DNA of 64,000 nt from Squalus acanthias (lineage: Eukaryota). Both the position numbers and the translations under genes were made by a program. Where the stretch lies: contig CM059432.1 of the NCBI GenBank assembly GCA_030390025.1, positions 57,476,001 to 57,540,000 of the forward strand, in the 5' to 3' direction. The notes under the pieces were generated by a model. It was given only the letters and a program-made list of their open reading frames with translations. It had not been told where the DNA came from and made no database searches. Shown here in pieces: positions 22,753-34,646 of the stretch; the first letter of the stretch is position 1, and the number at the start of each line of letters is the position of its first letter.

Positions 22753-23421
22753 GGGGGGAAAATACTTTTTTATGGGGTGCTACTTTTCGCCCCCGCTTCC
22801 CTCTTGGGGCGCTGCAAGTCAATATCGTGGCGCTACATGCTGCAGCGCCAGGCACTGCGGCACGTCGCACCGCGGTATTGCAGGCCTTCCTCCACTTCTT
22901 AAAGGGGAGGGGCCTTGCGCAGCGCAGACCGGGGCCCAGCTGGGCCCCCGGGGATCGGGAGTGCTGGCAAAAGAGCCCAGCACTTAAGAGATGTGCCGGG
23001 CTCTTGGAGCGCAGCCGGCACTTCGCGGGGGGGGCTTCACGGGGGCCGGGGACAGCAACGGAGGCAGGTGCTGGCAGACGGCCAGCAACAAAAATGGCCG
23101 CCTGCCACCTCCCCTTTAACTAGCGCCGCCCCAGCCGCAGGTAGGCCCCCCTGACCCCGTCGGACAGAGCGTCCGGCGGTAAGTGAAGGGGCGCTACCGA
23201 AGATCGCGGCCGGAGCGTGAGCGGGGCGCTGCGCATGACGATGACATAATCGCCGGCGACGCAGCACCACAGGGTGCTACCGGTTAGCGCCGCCGCTAAC
23301 CTCCCGCTGAATTTCGCGGGAGGCGTGGGCGGCGCCGCACCCGGGCGCTAGTTGCCTTGCGGCCCATTAGCGCCCTCTTAAGGCGCTAACGGGAGGAGCA
23401 AACCAACTGAATTTTTCCCCC
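22753..23421 (-). mobile_element. Related GC-rich non-autonomous Harbinger derivative, opposite orientation
   Basis: TAT TSD (22750-22752, 23422-23424). The right ~90 bp are the reverse complement of 21859-21948. Confidence 0.82.
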
Positions 23422-23984
23422 TATGACTCTATACTCTCTGGAGTTTAAAAGAATGAGAGGTGATCTCATTGAAACATATAAGATTCTGAGTGGGATTAAC
23501 AGGATAGATGCTGAGAGATTGTTTCCCCTGGCTGGAGAGACTAGAACTAGGGGGCATAGTCTCAGGATAAGGGGTTGTCCTTTTAAAACTGAGATGAGGA
23601 GGAATTTCTTCACTCAGAGGGTTGTGAATCTTTGGAATTCTCTACCCCAGAGGGCTGTGAATGCTGAGTCGTTGAGTATATTCAAGGCTGAGATAGATAG
23701 AGTTTTGTACTCTAGGGGAATCAAGGGATATGGGAATCGGGCGAGAAAGTGGAGTTGAGGTCGAAGATCAGCCATGATCGTATTGAATGATCGTTTAAAA
23801 GTCTGGATTTAATCCGCCACCTTGGGGCGGTTTGCTGATTACCAAGATTTAAACATGCCTGGAGGCATTAAACTGAAACCTGCAGGTTTAGCACTCAAGC
23901 ACTGATTAGTAGCAATTTTCCTGGAGCAGTATTTATAGCCTCCACGCACGCACTTCCACTGAAGGTGTGGAGTTTCAGTGCGCT

Positions 23985-24345
23985 AACTCCAGTGCAGTGA
24001 CGAGGGGGTGCTGCACTGTCGGAGGTGACGTCTTTCAGATGAGACGTTAAACCGAGGTCTGCTCTCTCAGGTGGACGTAAAAGATCCCATGGCACTATTT
24101 TGAGAAGAGCAGGGCAGTTCTCCCCAGTGTCCTGGCCAATATTTATCCCTCAATCAACATCATAAAAACAGATTATCTGGTCATTATCACATTGCTGTTT
24201 GTTGGAGCTTGCTGTGCGCAATTTGGCTCCCGCATTTCCTACATTACAACAGTGATTATACTTCAAAAGTACCTCGTTGGTTGTAAAGTGCTTTGGGACA
24301 TCCAGTGGCTGTGAAAGGCGCTATATAAATGAAAGTCTTTCTTTT
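23985..24345 (+). mobile_element. 5'-truncated Deu-domain SINE
   Basis: Same Deu core and tail as 15595-16056. Confidence 0.85.
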
Positions 24346-24372
24346 AGCTGACAGACAACGGTACGTATCAGG

Positions 24373-26310
24373 ATGGTGCGGGGACCGAGGGAGAGAGCTC
24401 ACAAGTTCTAAGAGGCGGCACTGGAGGTCCTGGTGGAGGAGGTACAGCGGAAGAGGAATGTCCTGTACCTGCAGGGGGGAAGGAGGCCACAGAGGCAATT
24501 AATGCGGCGGATGTGGGAAGAGGTCGCCGAGGAGGTCACAAGCAGGAGCACTGCTCCTAGGATATGGCTCCAGCGCCGCACAAAATGTAATGATTTGACA
24601 CGAGTGATCAAGGTTATATCCCATCTCACAAACACACTTCTCAATAACTGCACCAGCATCAAAACCTCAACACACTGCATCCACCATCTAACTATACACT
24701 GACATTCACACAACCCACACTATTGCATCCTTCTCAGGCACTATTCACAGCTCAGACACATCTCACAGCTTTTCAACCATGTAAGGCATCACACACACAA
24801 ACACACCTGCCAGCACACTCATTCACAATCACTACTCTGTCTCTTCCAGGACAAGATAGAACATAAGAGGTGCCAGCAGGACCTGACCGGTGGACGGGGA
24901 AGCACGACTCCATGAGATCACTCCCCTTGAGGAGGCAGTGCTGGCGGTGATCGGGAGGGGAGCGGCAGACACTGTGGTCACAGGCAGAGCAGGGGACATA
25001 TTGCCGAGAGGTATGTGAACACGCCAGCTTCCTTACATATTCAGAACTATTCCTGATTCCTAATCCCCAAATCCTATCCTCACTCAAAAGCTCCATATGG
25101 TCTCATCACACACATCCTCATATAGTGGCCAAACGTGCTGCACCCTAACCCTTCCAGCGTTATCATTGCAGGCTCTCAGGAGCAGGATCCCCCTCGCCCC
25201 AAGGAGGAACTGGAAGAGGAGGAAGAGCCACCTCATCCCCCCGGAGGAGCAAGAGGAGGAGAGTGAGGAAGAAGACACTGCGTCAATCACTACCAGTGTT
25301 GCAGGCACCAGCACTGAGACCGGCACCCCGTGTAACTTAGAGGCTAGGGTAGAAGACAGATCCTCACAGTGGGGCACACCGGGCACTAGTGGGCAGCAGC
25401 CATGCGGGGTGAAAGGGACACCAGAGGTGCCACCTTGCCGGGGGCAATGTTGCATACTAGTTCTGCTGCAGAGGAGTCAGATGAGGACCTTGCAGGGCCA
25501 AGCTTCAGAAGAAGGCTGCTGGGTTTGATACATCAAATGCTTGGTGCAATGGACAGCCTGCCTAAAAGCTTATAGATCGTGGCTAAGGGGATGGAGGAGT
25601 CCGCCTCCAGCTTGGCCCGTGGCTTGATGCAGAGCTTGGAATCCATCTTCTTCAGCATGAAGAGGCTGGCTAATTCCATCCAGTGACCTGTGAAGCCCAA
25701 CATCATGCAGCGTCTGATGACTCAGTTAGCAGCTTCCACTTCAGTCATAGCAGCTTCCATGGAATGCCAAACAGCTTCCATGGAACGACAAAGTGCTGCA
25801 ATGGATGCCCAAACAGCATCTATTGCACTACTAGCATATTCCATGGACCAGCAAAGTTCTGCAATGGAAGCTCAGGCAGCTGCCATGGTGGCTCTGGGCT
25901 CCTCGGTTGAAAGAGGCTTGCAGAGTGTCTCAGCTGCCCAGAGATCTGTCCTCCAGCAGATCACTGGACTGGCTGAACAGACACCCCAAGGTAGTGGTGG
26001 GGGAATCATGGAGCAGGAACCCACTGGCCTCTCTCTGGATGGCAGTATTGCTGCTCCATCCCCCGCCACTCCACCATTGCCCTTGCAGTTGCCTGTCAAG
26101 CCCATGCTGAGATGGTGCAGTCGGAGGCGGGGCCATCATGGCTCACAGCCTCTCGAGGACGTCCCAGGAGGACATCTGAACTGCCCTTTTCAGATTCTCA
26201 GCAGCCATCCACCTCGCCTGCTGCTGCCACTCGGGATGCACTTTGTAGAAGCACCAGAGTAGGCAAGAGCACTTACAGGCTAGCCACTAAGGGTAGCACC
26301 AGGGTGAATA
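24373..26310 (+). pseudogene. Harbinger Myb/SANT gene; exons 24373-24612, 24850-25010, 25172-~26310
   Basis: RERAHKF*EAALEVLVEEV...WEEVAEEV...RTKCNDLTR. Splice sites at homologous positions. Heptad repeats. Confidence 0.82.
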
Positions 26311-26489
26311 GTTTAATATTTGTAAGTGCTGTCGGTTGTTGTAATGTTTTCATTGTTTGTTTTTGGTATAGATAAAGAGTGATTTTGGTAAGTTGGTAGT
26401 GGTAGAATTGGTGGTCTTTTTTATTGTGGTCTTCATGGGGAAGGGGTTGAAAGGATTGAGTGCAGATGGTGGACTTCTTGATCAATCCT

Positions 26490-27760
26490 CAGTCCTGGAA
26501 GGTAAGGCATGTGACAACAATGCTCCGAAGTCTAATAGAAGAGGATGTCTCTCAAAAGCGGTCTTCAATTAGATGGCCGCGAGCATCCCTCCCAGGTACG
26601 GGCCGTCTACCTGGAATCCTCTGGTGCTCCCCCGGTCCCCCTCATCTTTCTCCTCCTCCTCAACCTCTTCCTCCTCCTCTTCCTTCTCCTTCTCCTCTTG
26701 TGGCTCCTGAGTTTGACCCTCCGGCACAATTACTGGTGGTAACGGTTGGTCTCTCATGATCACCAGATTCTGGAGCATGCAGCAAGTCAGCACGATTCTT
26801 GGCCGAGTACTGCAGGGCACCTCCTGACCGGTCATGGCATCTTAACCTCTCTGCTTGAGGACCCCAATGGTCTGCTCAATGATATACCTGGTAGCAGAGT
26901 GTCTCTCATTGTATGAGTGCTCAGCTGGTGTCTGGGGCTTTCTCAGGGGAGTCATGAGCCATGGTATCAGAGGGTATCCCTTGTCACCTAGTAGCCAGCC
27001 ATGCACATTGCGTTGGGGCTCAAAGATCTGTGGGACGAATGACTGGCTCATTAGAAAAGCATCATGGCAGCTCCCTGGATAGCAGGCATTCACCTGCATG
27101 ATGTGCTGCTGGTGGTTGCACACGAGCTGCACACTGAGAGAATGGAATCCCTCCTAGTTCCTGAACACCTCTGAGTTTAAATGTGGGGCTCGCATGGCCA
27201 CATGTGTGCAGTCAATGGCGCCCTGGACCATGGGGAATCCCGCAATCTTGTTGAATCCTAGAGTTCTCTGCCTCTGGTCTTCTCTGGAAATAGGGAATGA
27301 TATATTGTCATTCCTCGGAGCGTATAGAGCCTCAGCGACCTCCCTTATGCAGAAGTGCACAGATGATTGTGATATGTGACTGATATCACCTGTGACAGCC
27401 TGGAAGGTTCCAGTAGCATAAATGTTAAATGCTACTATGACCTTTACTGCCACAGGCAATGCAGTCCTGCGACATCTGAGTCTTCCTTCCACGAGGCCAC
27501 AGATCTCTGTGACAACCTCCTTGGTAAAGTGCAGCCTCCTTATGCACTGTTCTTGGGTCATCTGAATGTAGGAGTAGTGCTCTCTGAAGACCCTGGGTGG
27601 ATAGGGCCTCCTGCTGAGAGTCCTCCTCGCCCTCCTGTCCTTCCTCTCCCTCTCTTATCCAGCTTGGCCTCATCTCCTCCTCCCATTCCTCCTTCAGATC
27701 AAGTGGGACCCGAGCAAAATCCCGATGACCAACCACTCCCTTTCTCCTGGTGACTCCCAT
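26490..27760 (-). pseudogene. Harbinger transposase, decayed
   Basis: [60 protein letters not shown]. Confidence 0.9.
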
Positions 27761-28714
27761 AAGGTCTCCAATAATTAGAGTAGCACAGCACTCATACTTT
27801 TTAGGTGAAGTCCTCAGAGAATTTCTGAATAAATGTTGATACAGTGTTGATGAAGTCTTGCCAAAGTATCCTAGAAAGTCTCCCGATGTGTCTCAAAAGT
27901 CCTCTTCAAATGCAGTGTAGTCCGTCCATCTCAATCAGCAAGTGAACAGTGAAAGCTGAGCATGGCTTTAAGTAGCGCTCGCAATCCTCACCAACGACAT
28001 TTTTACTCCTGTTCAGTTTGTCGCTGTTAAGAGAGGCAGTTAATTGCAGTGCCAGCCAGCAAAATGTCGTGCAGCCTCTTTAATGAGTGTTAGGGGACAA
28101 TTTAATTGGTAATCAGAGGCTTAATCATCTTTGGGGTGGGCGTTCTCAGCACGCGCTTAAACTCCTATACCAAGGTGGGGTCTTGGGGTCTTGTGCTAAA
28201 GGCAGACTAACCAGGCTGTGCAGCTCAAGTCCTCATCTTGGCCACCTCGGAGGCTCTTTAGCGCTTAAACTACTGGCGCTACAGCGGGAAAATAGCCCCG
28301 TTAGACTGCAAGCAGGTCCCAGGAAATGCCCGTCTCTTTGAGCTGGTCAGTTTTATAAGTTTTCAGCTCACACAAAGCGATGTTAAAATAAACTCTGATA
28401 GTACAGTAATAAAGCTACTCAAATGTAAGGAGAGAACAAAAGAATGTTTAGGAATAAGAAAGTGCAATTAGGCCCATCAAGCCTCTCCAATTTTCAGTTC
28501 CTACCAAGCTGTTTTCTCACCATATTCCTCAACCTCTTCCATTACATTTTTGGTTTGATGCTGTGCGCATCACAGCCCACTCCCGTAAGCAGACATCACA
28601 TCCCCTACAATCCAGAGTATGTTTTACCTCCCCAATACCTGGGTAAACCATAGGAACACTTAGGGATCACTTGCCAGCACGGAATTCTCCTCTTTGCAAG
28701 CTGATTGAATAGAC

Positions 28715-29317
28715 ACGCTATTCACAATCTACATCAATGATTTGGATGAGGGGACCAAATGTAATATATCCAAATTTGCTGATGATACAAAGCTGGGTGG
28801 GAATGTAAGTTGTGAGGAGGATGCAAGGAGGCTTCAAGGGGATTTAATCAGGCTAAGTGAATGGGCAAGAACATGGCAAATGGAATATAATGTGGAGAAA
28901 TGTGAAGTTATCCATTTTGGTCGGAAAAATAGAAAAGCAGAGTATTTTTTAAATGGTGAGAGATTGGGAAATGTTGGTGTTCAGAGGGAACTGGGTGTCC
29001 TTGTACACAAATCACTGAAAGTTAACATGCAGGTACAGCAAGCAAATGGTATGTTGGCCGTTATTACAAGAGGATTTGAGTATAAGAGTAAAGACGTCTG
29101 ACTGCAATTATATAGGGCTGTGGAGGCTCAGTTGTTGAGTATATTCAAGACAGAGATCGATAGATTTTTGAATATTAAAGGAATCAAGGGATATGGGGAG
29201 AGTGCAGCAAAGTGGAGATGAGGTAGATCAGCCATGATCTTATTGAATGGCGGAGCAGGCTTGAAGGGCCAAATGGCCTACTCCTGCTCCTATTTCTTAT
29301 GTTCTGATGTTCTTATG
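28715..29317 (+). mobile_element. CR1 3' fragment with internal deletion
   Basis: KFADDTKLGG; 3' UTR and (TTCTTATG)n tail. Confidence 0.9.
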
Positions 29318-29318
29318 C

Positions 29319-29696
29319 TGTCAGACCAATTCAGGCTTTAAACCAACAGGCAATTTATTTTAACATAGAAAAGGTAGATGAGCAGTATTCAGTACAGAAG
29401 CATATATTTACAAACCTTGTAATCCTTTATGATACATATTACCATAAACAATATAAACACATCCCCTGAGCTATCTTTCCACATAACTAGATCTCTGATT
29501 GCTCCATTCTTACATGATGCAATGTACCCACAGCCAAACTATACCACTCCTTCTGCTGGCTGACGACTGCAGACTGAATAGCTGGGCTCAACCAATTACA
29601 GATAAATCCCCAATCATAGGCTGCTGGCCATAGAGCTGTCAATCAAACGGATTACAGCTTATCATTGACTCTGCCCCTTCTCACAGGTCTTAGACA
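29319..29696 (-). mobile_element. Possible solo LTR
   Basis: TGTCAGACC...GGTCTTAGACA inverted termini and a minus-strand AATAAA; no TSD found. Confidence 0.3.
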
Positions 29697-30417
29697 CAAC
29701 TGTCAATCAAAACCACTACACCCTGATGCTTGATGTTTTGATCTACATCGGATGACTTGATTGAATCTGTTTCATTATGTGGGCAATAACCTTGAATACC
29801 TGCAATGGTTGGCAATTAGCAAATTGTACAACCAGTTATTAAAGATACTATTCTGCAGAGCTAAACAAATGCATTTATTTGACGTTAACATACTAAACTT
29901 TCCTTTGTTTGACAGAAACCAAAGGGTCAATTTTAAATCTGCCTGTCCGGTGGGAGCAGTGCGCGGGGGAAGGGGGGTGGTTAAGATGGTGGGGGTATTG
30001 CACCGCATTCCGGATGCCTTCGTGCCAAACCCCACGATCTTAACTGACCTCAGATCGAGCACTGCAGGGCCTACCGTCCCCTACTTTATACACCATCGAT
30101 GCCGCAATCCCATTTTAACTTAAAAGCTCAGCAAAAAAAAGTACTATTACTAATAATAATGAATTCAAATCTATAATCTAATACCAAAATGCATTTTATC
30201 ATGTCTTCTATCTCCAGAAATGATCTATTTGTCTCTTGAATCTATTTATACTGTCCACTTCAATTGTTTCCTTTATAACTTAGCTCATAACTCTTTTGCT
30301 CTTTGTGTGAAAATGTTTTTTCATAACTTACCTTCTTATATTCTAATTTCCTAGGGCCTGAAATTCAGTCTGGGTCCAAGGGAGGAGAGTGGATGGATCA
30401 TCAGCCTCTGGCTGGAG

Positions 30418-31020
30418 TTTTTTTTTATTCGTTTATGCGATGTGGGCTTCACTGGCATAGCCAGCATTTATTGCCCGTCCTTAATTGCCCTTGAGAAGGT
30501 GGTGGTGAGCCACCTTCTTGAACTGCTGCAGTCTGTGTGGTGAAGGTACTCCCACAGTGCTGTTAGGGCAGGAGATCCAGCATTTTGACCCAGCAACGAT
30601 GAAGAAACAATGATATATTTCCAAGTCAGGATGGTGTGTAACTTGGAGGGGAATTTGCAGGTGATGGTGTTCCCATGCACCTGCTGCCCTTGTCATTCTA
30701 GGTGGTAGAGGTTGCAGGTTTGGGAGATGCTGCCGAAGAAGCCTTGGTGAGTTGCTGCAGTGCATCTTGTAGATGGTACACACTGCAGCCACAGTGCGCT
30801 GGTGGTGAAGGGAGTGAATGTTTAATTTGGGAATGGGGTGCCAATCAAGCGGGCTGCTTTGTCCTGGATGGGATTGAGCTTTTTGAGTGTAGTTGGAGTT
30901 GCACTCATTCAGGCAAGTGGAGAGAATTCAATCACACTCTTAACTTGTGCCTTGTAGATGGTGGAAAGGCTTTGGGCAGTCTGGAGGTGAGTCACTCGCC
31001 GCAGAATACCCAGCCTCTGG
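30418..31020 (-). mobile_element. LINE-B 3' fragment
   Basis: AAVCTIYKMHCSNSPRLL C-terminus, 3' UTR and poly-A. Confidence 0.9.
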
Positions 31021-31257
31021 CCGGTTTGGAGTTGGTGCCACTGCCATTCCCCACTGTTTATAGTTTCCACCATTTTCCATTGGAGGAGTGGGCGAATCTT
31101 TCCCACTCCCCACCCACATTAACGGGGCATGTCTGAAGAAGTTCACGGGCTACCCCAGGAATTTTGCGTATTACAACCTTGTAAGGCCACAATGGAACAC
31201 TTGCTAACTGGTAGCAGATGTGAGTTCTGCTGCGGCCTTTTGAAAGGCCTCAAATCT

Positions 31258-31682
31258 TTATCAAGGCCCACATGGCAGACTGGTCAGAAAAGTAAAAGCC
31301 CATGGGATCCAAGGGAAAGTGGCAAGTTGGATCCAAAATTGGTTCAGTGGCAGGAAGCAAAGGGTAATGGTCGACGGGTGTTTTTGTCACTGGAAGGCTT
31401 TTTCCAGTGGGGTTCCGCAGGGCTCAGTACTAGGTCCGTTTCTTTTTGTAGCAATGATATAGACTTCAATGTGGGGGGTATGATTAAGAAGTTGGCAGAT
31501 GATACAAAAATTGGCTGTGTGGTTGATAGTGAGGAAGAAAGTTGTAGACTGCAGGAAGATATAAATGGACTGGTCAAGTGGGCAAAAAAGTGGCAAATGG
31601 AACTCGATCCAGAGAAGTGTGAGGTAATGCATTTGGGGAGGGATACCAAGGCAAGGGAATACACAATAAATGATAGGATACT
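31258..31682 (+). mobile_element. CR1 RT fragment
   Basis: IKKLADDTKIG...KWQME...KCEVMHLGR. Confidence 0.85.
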
Positions 31683-32488
31683 GGGCTGATAAGTGGCAGG
31701 TAACATTCATGCCACACAAGTGCCAGGCAAAGACTATCTCCAACAAGCGAGCGTCTTACCACCTCCCCTTGACTTCAACATCATTACCATCGCTGAATCC
31801 CCCACCATCAATATCCTGGGGGTCACCATTGACCAGAAACTTAACTGGACCAGCCACATAAATACTGTGGCAACAAGAGCAGGTCAGAGGCTGGGTATTC
31901 TGTGGCGAGTGTCTCACCTCCTGACTCCCCAAAGCCTTTCCACCATCTACAAAGCACAGCTAAAGAGTGTGATGGAATACTCTCCACTTGCCTGGATGAG
32001 TGCAACTCCAACAACACTCAAGAAGCTCGACACCATCCAAGACAAAGCAGCCAGTTTGATTGGCACCCCATCCACCACCTTAAACATTCACTCCCTCCAC
32101 CACCGGCATACCGTGGCTGCAGTGTGTACCATCTACAAGATGCACTGCAGCAACTCGCCAAGGCTTCTTCGGCAGCACCTCCCAAACCCATGACCTCTTC
32201 CACCTAGAAGGACAAGGGCAGCAGGCACATGGGAACATCACCACCTCCAAGTTCCCCTCCAAGTCACACACTATCCTGACTTGGAAGTATATCGTCGTTC
32301 CTTCATTGTCACTGGGTCAAAATCCTGGAACTCCCTCCCGAACAACACTTTGGGAGAGTACCTTCACCACACGGACTGCAGCGGTTCAAGAAGGTGGCTC
32401 ACCACCTCCTTCTCAAGGGCAACTAGGGATGGGCAATAAATGCTGGTCTTGTCAGCGACGCCCACATCCCATAAACAAATAAAAAAAT
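31683..32488 (+). mobile_element. LINE-B 3' fragment
   Basis: WADKWQVTF...ILGVTIDQKLNW; 3' UTR with A tail. Confidence 0.9.
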
Positions 32489-34418
32489 GAGTGAGCAAGG
32501 TCAGTGAATGTATCTTCAAAAGCCGTCTCCCATCAACTGCACCACTAGCCTCACACATTGCTCAATGCACAACACTCCCATCACTCACCTACAAACAATC
32601 TCTAGCAATCATGACTCATACCTCACATTCATAGCTTCACCTCACCCTCACACACACTTACCATTGCTGCAAGCCTCACACCTACATCTCACACCTTGCA
32701 CACACTGCCTACTATTCAAACATGACAGGCACATCACCCAAACTACACACTCACTGACATACGACCCTTTCTCTTGCAGGGCAAGATGGCTGACAACTGC
32801 AGACAGCAGCAGCTAACTGGCGGGGGACAGGCAAGCCTGCCTATCCTGACCCAGCTGGAGGAGACCTTGCTCGACATTATAGGAGGGTCCGTCACTGAGG
32901 CTGTGGCGATCGGCGAGGCTGAAACCATTGAAGATGACAGTATGCTCATACCTAATCCTTCTTCTCACATCCCACTTCCCCCACATCCCACAATCTCTTC
33001 TCACTTACAAGCTGCTGATGGTGTATGCATGCATATGTTGCTTAGCTCCCCTCTCCCTTCACCTCAACCTACCCATGTGCCTTTCTCCTTTCAGATACCC
33101 AAGAACTCCAACCTGGCCATCCAGTGTAGGAAAAGCAAGAGGAGAGTGTTGGAGAAGAAGAGACACCGTCACTTGATCTCACACTTGCAGGCACCAGCTC
33201 AGAAACTGGCACTGCGCGTATTTTAGAGGGTGGTATAGAGGCGGGATCTACATGTGGTGAGACACCGGGCACGAGTGGGCTGCAGTCGGGTGAGGGGGAA
33301 AGGGTAGCGCAGGAATCAGCTCCCCGGAGGGCGAGGTCGCACACGAGTTCTGCTGCAGAGAACTCGGATAAGGACTTCGATGGAACGACCTACAGCAGAA
33401 GGATGAGGGTCATACACACAGAAGTGCTAGGTGCAATGGCAGGCCTGCTAGAGAGCCTGTTGTCACTGTCAAAGAGTCTGGCTCCAACCTTGTACAGGGC
33501 TTTGCACAGAGCTTGGAGCTCATGATTTCCAGGGTGGAAGTGATGGACAACTCCATTAGAGCACTTGTGAACCCAACCATGATGCTGGGCGTGATGGGCA
33601 ATGTCTCAGCTTCCATTGCAGCACAAGTGGAAGCGACCCAACATCTGAGTGCAGCAGTGGAAGCTCAGACTTCTGTCATGCAGGTTCAGCTTGCTGCCAC
33701 ATAATCTCAGACTGCTGCCATCATGGCTGCGTTTACCAGTGTGGAAAGGGGCATGCAGGGTATTGCAGCAGTCCAGCAATCTTCCTCCAACAGTTTAGTA
33801 GGATTGCTGAGGCCCCACCCCGGAGGGAGTGGCAGTGGCTCCGTGGAGCACGAACCTGCCGTCCTCTCTCAGGATGACAGCACTCGTCCTTCCACCACTG
33901 CCACTCCGCCAGTACCCTTGCTGTTGCCTGTCAGCCAGCCAGCCCAGACTGCTGCCGCCCATGCCAAGGTGGTGCAGTCTACAGCCGGGCCTTCTAGGCC
34001 CAGAGCTGCTCAAGGTCGTCCTCCAAGACCATCTGCAGTCTCCGCCACTAAAAGTCAGCAGCCTTCCACCAACCATGCTGCAGTCACTGGGGTAGCACTT
34101 CATAGGAGCACGAGGACAGGCAAAGGCACACAGAAGACAGGCACTAAGGGAATGCACAAGGGTGGTTAGTTGACTTTGTTATGTAGTATTGGATTGAATG
34201 ATTTATAAATGTGGTTTAAAATGTTTGTTTTGTGATGGCTTTCACTTCAATATTGTGGCCAAGAGAACGCTATGATGTTCCATGATAGAGTGATGGTAAG
34301 GTGGGGAAATGGTGAACAATGTGGATCTGGGATTTCATTCAGGGGAACCGGAGTCTGGTGATGTGCTCACGGACAACCCGTATGGAATATGGATGTGCAG
34401 ACTGCCTCCTCCCTTCCT

Positions 34419-34451
<33 letters not shown>

Positions 34452-34590
34452 ACTGAGGTGGTCGCGGAACCCGTCGTGGCAAGGGCTGTGCCCTCATGAT
34501 GGCCAAGTTGTGGAGGATGCAGCAGACCACCATTAATTGTGACACCCGCTCCGGCGAGTGCTGGCGGGATCCTCCTGAGCAGTCAAGGCC
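32489..34590 (+). mobile_element. Harbinger fragment: Myb gene intron 1 to exon 3 (+) and transposase C-terminus (-)
   Basis: Exon 2 GKMADNCRQQQLTGGG..LEETLLDIIGG. Exon 3 ends at 34169. Minus-strand VVCCILHNLAI near 34495-34535. Confidence 0.85.
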
Positions 34591-34646
34591 ATCCCAAAGC
34601 GGTTTACAGCCAATGAAGTACTTTTTGGAGCGTAGTCACTGTAGTC

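Larger units (their letters stand above)
8945..23790 (+). mobile_element. Host CR1 LINE 3' half split into 5 pieces (8945-9433, 10195-10370, 17147-17252, 19798-20056, 23429-23790) by nested insertions
   Basis: RT-region sequence resumes collinearly across each insertion (AATCTAT|ATTAATGAC; CAT|TTTGGTAGG; ACACAG|AAAGTTAGC; TTGGGC|CTATACTCTCTGGAG). Confidence 0.85.
24346..28299 (-). mobile_element. Decayed Harbinger transposon (Myb gene on +, transposase on -); left end not resolved (may reach ~23790)
   Basis: Both gene remnants convergent. TIR-like GAAAATAGCCCC ending at 28299. Confidence 0.85.

Noticed and set aside
30354..30366. Left TIR of the 32489-37422 Harbinger composite
   Set aside because: Following sequence does not match the family's subterminal region; probably a separate MITE cut by LINE-B.
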